In this document: one piece after another, positions 12,275 through 28,861 of the stretch
Layout of the letters: the number at the start of each line of letters is the position of its first letter
Numbering within the stretch: position 1 is the first letter of the stretch
NCBI RefSeq assembly: GCF_009914755.1
Contig: NC_060933.1
DNA from: the human T2T-CHM13v2.0 reference genome, Homo sapiens
DNA: 64,000 nt
Direction: 5' to 3' (one strand)
Translations under genes and position numbers: made by a program
The notes under the pieces: model-generated
Databases searched by the model: none
Told to the model about the DNA's origin: nothing
What the model saw: the letters and a program-made list of their open reading frames with translations, nothing else

Positions 12275-12305
<31 letters not shown>
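12070..12305. repeat. Degenerate CA-rich repeat ending in a pure (CA)n run
   Basis: Low-complexity AC-rich tract. Confidence 0.9.
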
Positions 12306-12307
<2 letters not shown>

Positions 12308-12974
12308 AGTCACACTGAACAGCAAAGCGGCGTGTGCTGCCTCTCCTGGTGGTCCCCTCTGTGTCCTCATTTATGGTATAATTGCGCATTTCATTTCCAA
12401 CTTGAAGAGCACAGCTCTGCAGGGCAATTGTTTTAAACCTGAGATTGCCTGAATTAAATGGCAATTTTAGTTTTTTATAGTGCAAAATACAGTTTACATT
12501 GGCAAAAAAAAAAAAAAAAAAGACATGGAGTTTCAAAACTCATGCTCTTAAGCCTCCTGAATCACAGTAATTTTAAAATCTTGATTCTGCCATTAGGGTG
12601 AAAAAGAAAATCTATTTTGTAATCTGGCACCTTCTCATGATGAGTTTCTTACTGTGACTCATGCTATAGATGCCTTGTGCAAATGTAAAAAAAAAAAACA
12701 GATTGATACGTGAGAAGAATTTCAATAACGGGAGAGGAACCATTTGGGTGAATCAAGCCCTTCCCAGTCTTCAATAACTTGGGGCTCCTTGGACAGCCCA
12801 CATCATGCCAAAAAAGGCATTCTCACAGTTGGGAAGAACTGCATCGGACACCAGTGTCAAAAAGAGGATTTTTAAACTCGCTCTGACCAACACCCCTACG
12901 CATCCACTGACAAATATTCTCTGCGACCTAACAGCTGATATTCCTTTTGTTCTCCTAATTAAAAACTTTTATGG

Positions 12975-13215
12975 CTAAATGCAACATGGTATACTGGATT
13001 GGATCCTGGAACAAAGAAAAGACATTAGTGGAAAAACTGGTAAAATATGAATATGTTCTGTATGTTAGTTGATGATATTATATCCCAGTTTTGACAATGT
13101 ACCATCGTTACATAAGATGTTAACATAAGGTGAAGCTGGGTGAAGGGTATATGAAAACTCTGTACCATCTCTACAACTCTTCTGTAAATCTAAAATTATT
13201 TAAAAACAAAAAAAA
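12975..13215 (+). mobile_element. Old L1M 3' end
   Basis: GGATTGGATCCTGGAAC...TCTGTAAATCTAAAATTATTT plus an A tail. Confidence 0.7.
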
Positions 13216-13299
13216 AGTTTTAGTATTTGTGGTAGAGGATACCTCCCATATCAGTCTTTGCTTTCTTTACATAAGGAGAATACTGGTGCAACACTTCTC

Positions 13300-13613
13300 A
13301 TGGAGTTTATAGGATACTGAGAGAGCCAAGTAAAAAGGGCTCCCTGGAGAATCTCCAACCCACCTGTGCACTGGGAGGACGGGGTGGGGCCTCAGGAAGT
13401 TTGAGCTGTTTGCAGGGGGAGGAGCCTGGCCGCTCCTGTTCCCATGTGGTAACTGGGGATTCAATCTAGCAGGATTCTCACTTTGCTGAGAGTCCCTGTT
13501 TCCCTTTTTTTCTTCCTTTTCACCCAATGAACCCTGCCCTACACACCCTACAACGTGTCCATGTGCCTAAATTATCCTGGTCGTGTCACAAGAAACTGAT
13601 TTTCCAACAACAA
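13300..13613 (+). mobile_element. ERV1/MER4-group solo LTR (MER66/LTR29-like; subfamily uncertain)
   Basis: GGGCTCCCTGGAGAATCTCC..TGCACTGGGAGGACGGGGTGG..GGAGGAGCCTGGCC motif; ends ACAACA. Confidence 0.6.
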
Positions 13614-13656
13614 CATTTGGGCACAGTGTAATCATGGCCTATAATCTCTTTTATAA

Positions 13657-14271
<615 letters not shown>

Positions 14272-14502
14272 TCCCCATGTCTGCGTGGGTTTTCGTAGGG
14301 TACTCTGGCTTTCTCCCACATCCCAAAGCTGTACACGTTAGGTAAATCGGGTGTCTAACTGGTCCCAGTGTGAGTCAGCGTGGGTGCTTGTGAGTTTGCC
14401 TTGCGATGGGATGTCGAACTCCAGGGTTGCTTCCCACCTGGCACTCAGAGCTGCAGGGAGAGGCTCTGGCCACCTGCACCCTGAACTGGAATAAGCGGGT
14501 AG

Positions 14503-14845
<343 letters not shown>

Positions 14846-15016
14846 GCTAATTTTTCTTAAGTATATGTACGGTCCACTTTCATATTTCAATGTGTAATAT
14901 TAAAAGTGTTTGGAATCTTTATTTAGAAGTTTGGTGATGTTTCTGTGACCAGAAATATGTCATAGGAACTTGACTCTTGTTTATATCAATTAGCCTATGG
15001 TAAAATTGGTTTTGTT

Positions 15017-15695
15017 AATAACAGATGTTGGCAAGATTTTGGAAAAAAGGGACTGCTTATCCACTGGTGGTGGGAATGTAAACTAGTTCAGCCACTGTGA
15101 AAAACAGTTTGGGGATTTCTCAAAGAACAGAAAACAGAATTTCCATTCAACCCAGCAATCCCATTACTGGTTATATACCCAAAGGAATATAAGTCATTCC
15201 ACCAAAAAGACACATGCACTCATATATTCATTGCCGCACTATACACAATAGCAAAGACATAAAATCAAACTAGGTGCCCACCTACAGTCGACTGGATAAA
15301 AGAAAAATGTGGTACATATACATCATGGAATACTATACAGCCGTAAATTACAATGAAGTCATGTCCGTTGCAGCAACATGGATACACCTGGAGGCCATTA
15401 TCCTAAGCAAACTAATGCAGGAACAGAAAATCAAATACTCCATGTTCTCACTTATAAGTGGGAGCTGAATGTTGAGTACACATGGACATAAAGATAGGAA
15501 CAACAGACACCTGGCCATACTTGAGGGTGGAGGGTGGGAGGAGTGTGAAGGTGGAAAAACTATACTATTGGGTACTATGCTCACTATCTGGGTGACAAAA
15601 TCACTTATATACCAAACCCCAGCAACACACAATTTACTCATGTATCAAACCCGCTCATGTACCCTCCTGAACCTAAAATAAAAGTTGAAAAAAAA
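15017..15695 (+). mobile_element. 5'-truncated older L1PA (L1PA15/16-like)
   Basis: ORF2 end and 3'UTR, CCAAACCCCAGCAACACACAATTTAC..ACCTAAAATAAAAGTT plus poly(A). Confidence 0.85.
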
Positions 15696-15849
15696 GATTT
15701 TATTATATGTCATCTTACTTAAAGTCACAGTTTCCAGAGCCTATCACTGACGTTAAGTGCGGACTTACTGTACATAGATATTTACTTCCTTTTTTTCCCT
15801 GAATTAGGCACCAGCCCCAATTTTTTTAAAAAACACCTTTAAGTAGTAG

Positions 15850-17045
15850 TACTCACAATGGCCAAAAAGTGGAAGCAACGCTATTCATCAGCAGGTGAAT
15901 GGATAAAAAAATGTGGTATATACATACAACAGAATATTATTCAGCCTTAAACTGGAAAAAAATTGTGACACATGCTGCAACATAGATGAACCTTGAGGAA
16001 ATTATGCTAAGTGAACTAAGCCAGTCACAAAAAGACAATACTGTGCAATTCCATTTATATGAGGTTTCTGAAGTAGTCAGATTCAGAGAGACAGAAAACA
16101 GAATGGTGGCTGCCAATGAAACAGAAGAGTTCCCCGTTCCCCCTCACAGGACATGCAACAGGGGTGTGGCTTAGCTGTTCAGTCACTGCCGCTGCTCAAA
16201 CCCCTGAAGGGAGGGGAAGCACATAGATAGACAGGTGCAGGAGCCCAAGTGGGCATGAGTTACAGTGTGCTCTTTTAGCCCTGCCGTCTGTGGACAGCTT
16301 GAGTGTTAACCAGCTCAATGGACTCTCTGCCTTTTTGCAAGGGCAGAGGGCCAGTGTGACAGCTTTCTGTATCTCAAGCTCTTGCCCAGCGTCCCTGGAA
16401 CACAGGCTTGAGGGATGAATGCGGGGTTTTATTGAGCAGTGGAGGTGGCTCTTAGAGGGATGGGTGGGGAGCTAGAAAGGGGATGAAGTGGGAAGATGAT
16501 CTTTCCCTGGAGTATGGCCATCCAGCAGCTGAACTCCCCTCTGACCACCCTTAGCCAAACTCCTCTCGGTATTCCGACATTCCTCCTCTTCTCTCTTTCT
16601 CTGCTGCGTTGTTCTGCCATTCATCTGCTTGTCTCTTATTTCACTGCCTCCTCACCTGCTCGTCTGCTTCTGAAGCGTGGGGCTCAGGGTTTATATGGAT
16701 ATAGGATGGGGGGCACGGCAGGCCAAAAGACAACTTTTTGGGCACAAAAACAGAAATGCCTGTTCCCACTTAGGGCCACAGGTCTCCAGGCTTAAGGGTG
16801 GGGCCTTTGGCAGGGAACCACCCTCTTCTCCTTAGTATTTCCCTGTCTCCTGTCCATATCACTAGGGGCTGAAGGGCAGGAGGAAATGGGGAGTTGTTCA
16901 ATGGGTGTAGAGATTCAGTTTTGCAAGAAGAAAAGACTTCTGGGGATTAGCTGTGCAACAATATGAATATACTTAACACTACTGCACTGTACACTTAACA
17001 ATGGTTAAGATGCTAGGTTTGGTTTTGTTTACCACAATTAAAATT
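15850..17045 (+). mobile_element. L1MB 3' end, split by an LTR1-family LTR
   Basis: L1MB 3'UTR breaks at GGTGGCTGCC and resumes at AGGGGCTG. Confidence 0.75.
16117..16861 (-). mobile_element. LTR1-family (ERV1) solo LTR
   Basis: Minus strand begins TGATATGGACAGGAGACAGGGAAATAC..AAAGGCCCCACCC; TG..CA termini. Confidence 0.8.
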
Positions 17046-17188
17046 TTTAATATTTTTATCTTATTTCTAGGGGACTATTTCATTCTTTTGTTACTCATCA
17101 AAGTCAAGGGCTGAATGTAGGCTACCAGCCCACAATAAAGGATCACAACTTCTTAAATTTTAATATTTGTTTATTATACAAATATTTA

Positions 17189-17629
<441 letters not shown>

Positions 17630-17727
17630 TTATTTTTGCAAGCATAAAATTTGTTTGTTGCATATTTTCAGCAGCAATGTTAAAGATATCCAACACTTAA
17701 AGAGTGATATCAAGAATTGCAGGACTG

Positions 17728-18105
<378 letters not shown>

Positions 18106-18526
18106 TTACCTCATTTTACAAAGAAATAGGAAACAAAAGCTAAAAGAGCGTATGTTTTAGGTAATAAGAAAACCAGGCCTTGAGCATCAAACAAATCAGA
18201 AGAGAGAATGCTGAAGGTCAAATCAAACAGAATGATGTTGGGATCACTTGTGTCCCAGTATGGTCTATGGTTAAGAGGGCAGGCTCTTAGCCAGGATGCC
18301 TGGGTGTGAATCAAGGCTCTGCTGTGCACTTATTGGCTACTTGACCTCAATCTAGTTACCCAACTTTTTAAGCTTCATCTGTATTATTGCCTATTTATAG
18401 ATTAAACCAGGATTAAAATTTACAGATTTATAGATTAAATCAGAATTAAAATTAAATCAGTCAGAATTAAAGGAAATAATTCAAGTAAACCACAGAAGAA
18501 GCACTTATCGTTGATTACAATTACCA

Positions 18527-19216
18527 CCGTTACAGTGAAAGAGATCCAAGTTTCCCCGAGTTACTGGCAGCATATCTGTATGGGTCCAAAATTCAACCGA
18601 GGGGCATAAAGCAGAAAAGAGACCAAGCCAAGTTTCAGAGAAGGAGTGGAAGTTTATTTAAAAGCCTTTAGAACAGGAAAGAAAGGAAAATTAGCTTGAA
18701 AGAGACCCAAGCAGGCACTGAAGGTCCAAGAGAGAAATGAGAGCAAAAGAAGACAGCAAAAGGGGCCTTTGACCTTGATCTTTATAGGTTCGCCTTTATA
18801 GGGGACTATATAGGCTCGCCTCTCTCCCAGGATTCTTCCCTTAGGGTGGGCTTTCCGCATGCCCATGCTTTCCTTACTCTTTGGAATTGAGCACACACAG
18901 TGAGTTTAGGGAGTTGTACACATGCCCATCTGAGGCTTTCTTCCTTTTCCAGTGGAGGGTGCCCCCAGAAGATCATATTTCACCATTTTTGTCTCTTAAC
19001 ACGCATGCCCAGGAAGTTGCTTCTCCCTGGGGCCTGCATTCAATTAGCATTTTGATGTTAACAGGTGTGAACCATCAGGAAATGGCCTCTCCCTGGCGCT
19101 GCCAAATTATAAGTTTTAGAGAAGCGATGCAATAATTGCCAAACCATCACCCGACATTTCTAGTGGGTGGAGGGAGAGCCCTCTCCTGCCCCACTCATGC
19201 CTAACTACCTGTAGCA
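18527..19216 (-). mobile_element. MER50-family (ERV1) solo LTR
   Basis: Minus strand AGGTAGTTAGGCATGAG..GGCAGGAGAGGGC..GGAGAAGCAACTTCCTGGGCATGCG. Confidence 0.75.
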
Positions 19217-21942
19217 CTGTTACTAATACATCATCTTCATAACAAAGGAGAATAAAGAGTGAAACCTGTTCACAACATTTTCTGTGCTTGCCCTGGACTT
19301 TGAACTGCTCATCCAAGGTTCTCTGAATGTTTGGAAGTAGTTTAGCCTAGTGGTGAAATTCCTAAATTGTCGCCTTTCTCTACTTCATTTCTATCAGTGG
19401 GTCATTCCTTCACTACTAGAACATTTGACCTGCACAGCACAGGTAAACATAAGACTTAGAATCCCTAGGCAAGGCCATACCTGGTGGGGAGGATTCCGGT
19501 CCTGACAGCATAGGCATGAGAGTTGTCTGAAGCAGACACCATATAGGGCATGTTGAAGGGCTCGCACTGACTGCACTCACAGGGGGCCTCTGGATCCAGG
19601 CCATCTCTAAGCCTGGAAAGAAACAGAGCCGGTGAAGATGCTTTATTTCACTCTGCACACCAGACCACCATGATCAGGTTTTGAGAGGAGGATTTTTAAT
19701 GGCATGCTGTATGGAAAACCACTGGTTATAGAGTGTTATCCAAATATCAGTACTATCCTCATTCCGTAAATGTAGGGGTCCCATTAATTTACTCTCAAAG
19801 GGATATATTTCCAGGTGTGGTGAGGAGGCCAGCCAAGGCTACATTTCCTAATTCCTGATACCTCTCCTCCCAGTCTCGCTCTAGTTTCCACCATTTGTTA
19901 AAAGTTTACTGGCTGACAGGATTTTTCTAATTTCTAATTTTCAGAAAAGCAAAATTTCCTTACAACATGTGATCTCTAGAGAGCAAATGCTCCAACTGTG
20001 CTCCTTACAGCTTATCTTTGGAATTACCAACATAAGAACATGATTTTCCCTAGAGATTTTAATGCTGACTCCAGAGACTCCATCTAGCTCGTCTTTGAAA
20101 TCACAGTGTGAAGCATAGGGCCACAGTCAATGTTCATTCGGCCAAGACTACATGCTTGGCACTGAGCTAGTCTGTGATTTCAAAATTAACACACAAATGA
20201 CCAAACATATAACTCAAAATTAATATAACCCACTCTTTGGGCCTCCAGGTATGACTACAGATCCGATGCAAATCATTTGTGAGTATTTCTGATGCATTAA
20301 AAATCATTTTTTAAAGATGCTCAATAATACAACATTAGGGGAAAGCTGGGGAAATTTGAATAAGGTCTGCAATTTAGTTACAAGCATTGTACGAATGTTA
20401 ATTTCCTGGTTTCATGTCCTGGTTAATTTCCTGTCAATGTTAATTTCCTGATTATGTAAGATGTTAACAGGGGTAGCAGGGTGAAGGGTATAAAGGAACT
20501 CTATTTAATTTTTGCAACTTTTCTTTAAGTCTAAAATTATTTCAAAATAAAAGGTCCAAAAATTCTTTTAAAAAGGATGCTCAGCTTTCAGGTGGCCCAG
20601 TGGCCTAGGGCGGCGGGCTACATCAGTCAGACACAGAGATGTGGAACCCTGCCCTTGTAGCTCCTCTCCACGCAGGATCTGCAGGCTTCCTCTTCTGCAC
20701 TGTGTTCATTGAATGTTTGCCTCCCAGACTGACGGGGAGCTCAAAGGGACCCAAATTCTCAAAGAGAAGTTTTCTGGAGCTACAGCTATCCAAGTCACTG
20801 ACATTTCAGGAGGCTGTAGGTGATGTATAAAATCCAAATCAAACCAGAAGAATTTAAAGAAACAAGAACTGTCCCTCAGCACCAGATGATTAATCAGGCA
20901 CTAAAAAAGGAAAATCAAAGGGATGCACAGATGGTGGGTATTTACCTCTGTCCCCAGACACTGACCTCCATGCCCCCGGGGCTGTGTAGATGCAGCTGCC
21001 TAAAACTTCGGATGAACTTGACTGGAACCACTCTTTCCTACGCATTTGCAAAAAAAAAAAAAAAAAAAAAAGTATCTGTTTTGTTCGTAGACATTTCCAT
21101 ACTACAATTAAAGAAGAATGTGTTATCTATTTAGAGGTTAATTAAAGGCAACAGACAACTGGTGGAGGAGAGAGGTGGGAAAAGATGTTCAACTCAAAAA
21201 ACAGATGGAGATCTGAGCATAGGTGTCTGAAATGACTAAGGAAATGTAAAACTGGGACAAATCTCATTGGTGCTAGAAATTAAGGAAAGGTACCATCCAT
21301 GAGCCAAAAAATTATTCTAGAGATAATGATATTGGTAGCCAAAATGAAGAAAGGGGACAAAAGCCAATGTCCAACTGACGTCTCATAGAAAATTAGTGTG
21401 TCTGGTGGGAAGGACTTAGAGGAGAACCTGAATCCCCTCAACATCCACTCTCTCGGAGGAACTTTAGAGCAGTGGATCTAAGGGCCTAAGAAGGTAGGAG
21501 GGCTGGGGGCCCAGGGCATAAGCTTCAAACCAGAGCAGCAGCAGTGGAAGCAGGAGGCACATCTTCCCAGTGCAGCAAGGCTCAGCCCCGAGACAGCAAC
21601 AGCAATGTCCAGAAGAGGCTGGGCAGGACACAGGGCATTTCCTTCCCTGAAAAAGCTGGCAGGAGCGTGAGGAAAAAGCCCGGCGGCAGCAAGTCTGACT
21701 CCCAGCACAGTCATTTCCTCAAACGAAGACGGTTGTGCCATATGTCCCACCAGGCCTGACCAAGGCTTAACAGCCTACACATTTCTCTCAGGCTGTGCCA
21801 TCGCTGAGCAAGGAACCAGCCTCCAGCTCCAGTTAGGAGGGAGATCCTAAAAGCATCTAGAAGTGAGAATACCCAAGAAATATCCTTACAACACCATCTT
21901 GGATAGAATCTCATAGATCAAGTTTGAATAAAAACAAACAAT

Positions 21943-22624
<682 letters not shown>

Positions 22625-22676
22625 TTAGCATAACATTACATAATATAAATTTGTGTTTCCTCCTTTTCTTTTCATC

Positions 22677-22810
22677 TTTTTTTTTTTTTTTTAAGACAGG
22701 GGCTCACTACATTGTCTAGGCTGGTCTTGAACTCCTGAACTCTAGCAATCCTCCCTCCTCAGCCTCTCAAAGTGCCGGGATTACAGGTATGAGCTACCAC
22801 ACCCTGCCCA
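22677..22810 (-). mobile_element. FLAM / Alu monomer
   Basis: Single reverse left-arm monomer with poly(T). Confidence 0.8.
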
Positions 22811-23819
22811 ACCTGTTTCCTTCTTATCTTTTTCTCTCTCAAGCAGTAACAGGCTCTGTGCTTCCTTCCTTGTGGAGGTTTACGGCAGGGCAGAAAGCAG
22901 AAGCTGCTGCAATGCTTCCCTTCCTGATTGTTGGCTCCAAAACCTAAAGCGGTTGGAGATTTGCCAAATGTCCTGAGGGAGAAAAGAGTCTCTGAGGGAA
23001 TAAGAAGGAACATGAGTATATTCCCTAAAACCAAGAAAAGATTCCCAGAAGCCTACAAGTAGATAAGACCACAGCCCTCTCACTGGCGAAGCCTGGAGAT
23101 GTAAGCCCTCCAAGAGGAATCGCTGAGAGGTTCCCAGTTATGCCAAAATGCTGCACACGCCATGCCTGGCACAGAAACAGCAGACCTAGGACCGGAAGGT
23201 GCGGTGCAAGACGGCTCAGTAATAATCAGAACAGACTGAGAACCAATGCCTGGGGCTTCCACCCCAATGTCCTAAAGATGTGTGAGACCTCCTTTTTACC
23301 AACCTGGAATGAGAAAGTCCATTAAAAAAATTAAGTGAATTCCCACCAATCTAACAAGATGGGGTCCAGAGTCAAAATTCAGGCAAGGAACAGGGAGTTT
23401 TAAGTGTGATATTGCATGCATACCTGAGTATTCACTGTACATATGTTTCGCATATTCACTAAGTTTTTTTTAAAAAGTGAATTCAATAAAATATTAGTGC
23501 CTAAACAACTTGCCTACTTTCCTCTCTGTCGCTTTTTTCAAATTTGTGAAAGATGAAGCCTCTTGAGTTCAAATGTACATCCCTGGTCCCATCAGCCAAA
23601 GCCAGTGCAGGAGAGAGATGCCTCTGGTGTGCTGGGCTTGCCCCTCCAGGGTCCTCTTAAGGGCTGTGAGCAGGGCAGGCCCATATGGACATGTCTGGGA
23701 CAAGGTGTTAAGGCAGCCGCCTGAGTCGGAAAAGAGTCTGGCTAAGAGCCAGACAGCCTAAAATGAGAGCAGGAAGAATGTTGTGATACCAGATATGTGA
23801 TGACAAAAGCTTACAGAAA

Positions 23820-24420
23820 ACTGGAAGAAATGCAGAGTAGAATCAAAACGGCAAAAAATTAAATCAATAATGTTTGGACAAATTTGAGATGCTTTCCCAG
23901 AAAGCTAAAGAAATAGAACAGAGATAAAATTATGAGAAAGAAAATAGATACCGAAAACAGACTGACGATCTAACATATGAAGAACGTATGTGCCTAAAGA
24001 CCAAAACAAATAGAAAAGACACAACAATCATATAAAGAAAGAGAAAAAAACCTGCCTGAACTAAAAAAGAAAGAATTACATCCTTAGATGAAAAAGACTC
24101 ATTAGGAGCCAGGTGGAATTAAATGGCAAAAGACCAGCTTCCAGACATACCAAGATGCAAATAATGAACTCTAAGGTAAGAAATTAATCCTGGAAGCATC
24201 AAAGCAGCAAAAACAAAATTACCTACAAAGAAGAAAAGTCAGGCTAACCTTTGCCCACAACACAAAAGCTAGAATTTTAAGAGGGAAAGATATAATCCAA
24301 CAGTTCCCCACCAGTTAAGCTGTGTTTCCCATGAAAAGCAACTTGTGCATGCTCAGACGTGCAAGGCCTTGGGGTTCACCACCACGCAACCTTCCAGGGA
24401 AACTCCTGACAGGCCTCGCT
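23820..24420 (+). mobile_element. Ancient L1/HAL1 ORF1-like fragment
   Basis: A-rich decayed sequence with ORF1-like GATCTAACATATG and AAGTCAGGCTAAC motifs. Confidence 0.5.
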
Positions 24421-24545
24421 CCAGCCACAGATGGAAACCAGAGCATGGATGTTATGGAATAAAAAGACCGCAGTGAGCACTACAATCCTGTAAATGTAAC
24501 CGTAAGTTCAAATTATTACAGATATTGCTATTTTAAAAGTCACTC

Positions 24546-24901
<356 letters not shown>

Positions 24902-24908
24902 TAATCTA

Positions 24909-24976
24909 GTAAGTCTTCTCCTAGGGCTGGCGACTGTCATGAACACCAGCCCTCTCACTGGGACTACTTTCAGGAA
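24909..24976. repeat. 68-bp direct repeat, copy 1 (copy 2 at 28862-28929)
   Basis: 65 of 68 bases identical; not recognisable as a transposon. Confidence 0.92.
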
Positions 24977-25167
24977 GTAGGCGCTAGGGCTAGGTGAACA
25001 TGTTTTAGAGTAATTCCATTAAGATATAATAATAGTGAATTTGTGGAAAATTTACATTTATTAAGAGGGTAGGGACAGAGGATCTATACTTTAGAAGATG
25101 CCTACTGTCTGAAAAGATAGAGCCAACAGAGGCACTCCACATGTTCTACTGTGTGGAATGGCCCTTT

Positions 25168-25867
25168 CCTTAGACAGCTTGGGCTGGTGTAACAAAATGC
25201 CATAAACTGGGTGGCGCAAACAACACATGTATTTCTCATAGTTCTGGGGGCTGGGAAGTCTAAGATCAAGGTACCAGCAGATTCCATTGTTGGTGAGAGC
25301 TCTCTTCCCGGCTCGTAGACAGCCGCCTTCTCAGTGTGTGCTCACCTGGCCTTTCCTTGGTATGGAAAGAAACAGAACTCTGTCTTCCTCTTTTTATTTA
25401 TTTATTTATTTATTTATTTTTGAAATGGAGTCTTGCTCTGTCACCCACGCTGGAGTGCAGTGGCACCATCTCGGCTCACTGCAACCTCTGCCTCCCGGGT
25501 TCAAGCACTTCTCCCTGCCTCAGACTCCTGAGTAGCTGGGATTACAGGCGCCCACCACCACACCCAGCTAATTTTTGTATTTTAATAGAGACAGGGTTTT
25601 ACCATGTTGGCCAGGCTGCTCTCGAACTCCTGACCTCAGGTGATCTGCCCTCCTCGGCCTCCCAAAGTGCTGGGATTACAGGTGTGAGCCACCACACCAG
25701 CCTGCCTTCCTCTTTTTATAAGGACATTAATTGCATCATGAAGATCCCCCCCTCATGACCTAATCTAAACCTAATCACCTCCCAAAGGCCCCGCCTCCAA
25801 ATACCATCACACTGGGGGTTAGGGCTTCAACACAGAAATGTTGCGGGGACACATTCAGCCCATAGCA
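25168..25867 (-). mobile_element. MLT1A-type MaLR LTR with an AluS (25392-25703, -) inside
   Basis: GGCTGGGAAGTCTAAGATCAAGGT..; terminal CACATTCAGCCCATAGCA. Confidence 0.82.
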
Positions 25868-26838
25868 GCCCTCCTCCTTCCCATCAGAGGGCAGCCTGCA
25901 GTGCTGCATCAGTGGGACCTGCTGCCCACACCACTGTCCTCTGCAGTCCCCCACAACGTGGACCAGCACAGCTTTGATGGAGCCTACACGGGACAACTTC
26001 CTGGCGGCTCAGGTCCAGACACCAGACAGCTCTAGCTCCTGCGCCCCCTCCCTCCTGGCCTCACACAGCCCTGAGCCCGGTCTGTCAACTTTGAGTCAAA
26101 TGTCAGGTAGCGTTTCAGGCCCAGGGGAAGTGACCCTGAGAAGATGGAGGCTGACCGCCCAGATCCCTCCTGGGAGGAAGGGAAGCGGAATGGGCTGGGG
26201 AGGGGTGGGAGGGCTGGCAGGTCATTCCTAGGTGTGCTCCATTTCCCTGCAGGAAGAGAAAAATCCCACTCAGGCAGCTGCACACGTGGCACACTCACCT
26301 GTGAGCAGCCTCAATTGCCTCCAAGCTTAGAGCTGGGGGAGCTAATGGAGGAAAAGGAGAAGAAGGAAGTTAGGCTGAATGGGTTCCCCCATGAATGGGT
26401 TTCTCAAAGTGGGAGGGGAGGTGAAGAAGAGGGGAGGGCAGAGCAAGGGGCTGAGGACAGTGGGTGATGCACATAGCCTACAAGTGTGTGCCCATTTCTG
26501 CATACAGTATGCGCCAAATATGTTTACATTCAATCCATTTTGTACACTGACTGGATGAGTTTGGTTTACATTATAATTTGGGGTTATCCGTGGCCATATA
26601 GTTATCTCACCATATTACTTATTGAATTGTGTTTAGGTTTCAGGGGGCAAAACTGCCAATGATTATTTCATTTTTTAATCTATTATAGAAGAGATCAGGT
26701 GTATGTTTTTATATAAATGTTAATTACAATTCGCCTTTAAGGATGGTCTCAGAAGTTTTCTGTGAATCATTTACATCACTGAACATACAGGCTATTCATT
26801 ATTCCCCTTCATAAAAACTACTATTAAAATAGCATAAT

Positions 26839-27072
26839 GCCAGCCTCGGCAACATGGCAAAATGCTGTCTCTATTAAAAAAAAAAAAAAAAAAAAAAACA
26901 CGATTTAGCCAGGCATGGTGATGTGTGCCTGCAGTCCCAGATGCTCAGGAGGCTGAGGTGGGACAATCACGTAAGCCCAGGAGCTCAAGGATGCAGTGAA
27001 TTTTGATTGCACCACTGCACTCCAGCCTGGGGGACAGAGTAAAACTGTCTTAAAAATAATAATAATAATATA
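26839..27072 (+). mobile_element. 5'-truncated AluJ
   Basis: Starts within the left arm and has an expanded A linker. Confidence 0.82.
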
Positions 27073-28861
27073 ATGTGTCTAAAGAGTATTTCACAAATGT
27101 TAGAGACAGTAAACTAAAAAAAGATCTACCGTGTGCTACAAGATAGGAACTAACAGGATTTTTAGTGCTAGAAAAATTCTTATCTTCTCCTTGGGTGTCA
27201 GATGCTGGAGAACAGTTAGTTCAATCAAAGCAAATGCATTTGTCTTAGACACTTTTTTTGAACCTTCAAAATCTAGCTAACAAGCACTTTACTGATAAGC
27301 TGGCTTCTATTTTTAAAGGGGAAAATTGTATTTTGCTTTTCCAATTTTCTTTCTTCTTAAAGAATTTAGGTGATTTTCTTCCACACCCCAGTTGACATAA
27401 TTTGAGAATAACACAACTCCAGGGTACAGGTAATTTCCATGCTCTGTAATCCATTCCAGAGCATTAAACTAGGGAACAATTTCCTTCGTTTAATAAAATT
27501 CACATATCCCTGAATAGAAAAAAACAAAAAATAAGAAATCAAGCCTGTTACAAATATAGAATAAGTTTTATAATCAAGACAGGAATAACCAATATTACAG
27601 CTATTATTTAACATTGCTCTGAATATTTTAACAAATAGGGGTGGGGAGAAGGCAATAAAAATAAATAAGTAAATCTATCAGAAAGGGGTAAGAATTACCG
27701 AATGACAATCCACGTACAAACTTCAGTAAATCAACTGCCAAACTATCAGAACTCATCAAAACATTTGCTAAGGAGCTGGTTATACAATAAACTACCCAAA
27801 TCACTAACTTTGCTATATATGAACAATAAATCAAATATGATGAATATTATGAAAAATATACATCCCACCACTTTAATAGCAACATGATCTGTTTATATAT
27901 AAAGAATAACCATTAACAAGAAATGTGGAGGGTATAGATTGAAAGAAAACTACAAAACTGTGCTGTAAGACATAAAGATTTGAACCAAATAGTTTCCAGC
28001 GAAGTGCAAGGGTTGTACAACTGAAGTTCCCCAGGCCCACGGAGACCCCATTCAAGGCCAAAGGCAGTGACGACGTAATGCCAAACATAGAGAGCTGGGC
28101 TTTCTGCAGGATCCCAGTGATCAGCCACTGGACGAAGGGAGGACACTATGCTGAAAAGCTCACCTGGTCCATTTGTTGTCATGTTTTCATGGTAATGAGA
28201 CTTCACACAAAAGAATATAAACGAGTGGAGCTGTGCTATCTTCATAGATTTCAGGTTGCCTGGGGTAAGAGTATTTGCCTCTGTGTTATACTGTAACTGA
28301 AGGTAATGCTTGCAGCTATAAAGATGAACCCCATTTTCTCAATAGTAGAACAAAATGAAAATTACTTTCTCACTTAACTAAAAGTCTAATCATTGCCTCT
28401 TTGTGCACATTAAAATTTAAAAAAAAAAGTCTGATTAGCCTTGGATAGACACGAAGGTCAGGAACCAGGCTGATGGAGCCCTGCTGTCTTCAATACAGGT
28501 TTTTCAGGGTGCCCTGAACTTTGACATCCCACCAACAGATGGGGAAAGAGGAAGAAGGATGTCGTTCATGGACCAGATCTGAATGAGATGCCTTCCCTTC
28601 TGCTCACATTCCTCTGAATGCACTCAGTCTCAAGGCCAAACTATCCGCAAGTGGGGAGCCTGGGAAGTGGATCCACGCTGCTTCCACATCCCTCAAGGAA
28701 AGAATGGTCAACCGGGTCTACTCAATAGGTGAAGAAGGAACTACCCAATTATCTTTTTCATGTAACTGGAGCTTGCCCTTTACACATTTGATTTTACATA
28801 TTTTGATGAAACTTTTCCTAAGATGCATAACAATTTCCCTGTTTCAACACAGTGGGCAATT

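Noticed and set aside
23072-23086. 15-bp match (CAGCCCTCTCACTGG) to the 68-bp duplicated unit
   Set aside because: An isolated 15-mer match is expected by chance in a 64-kb self-comparison.
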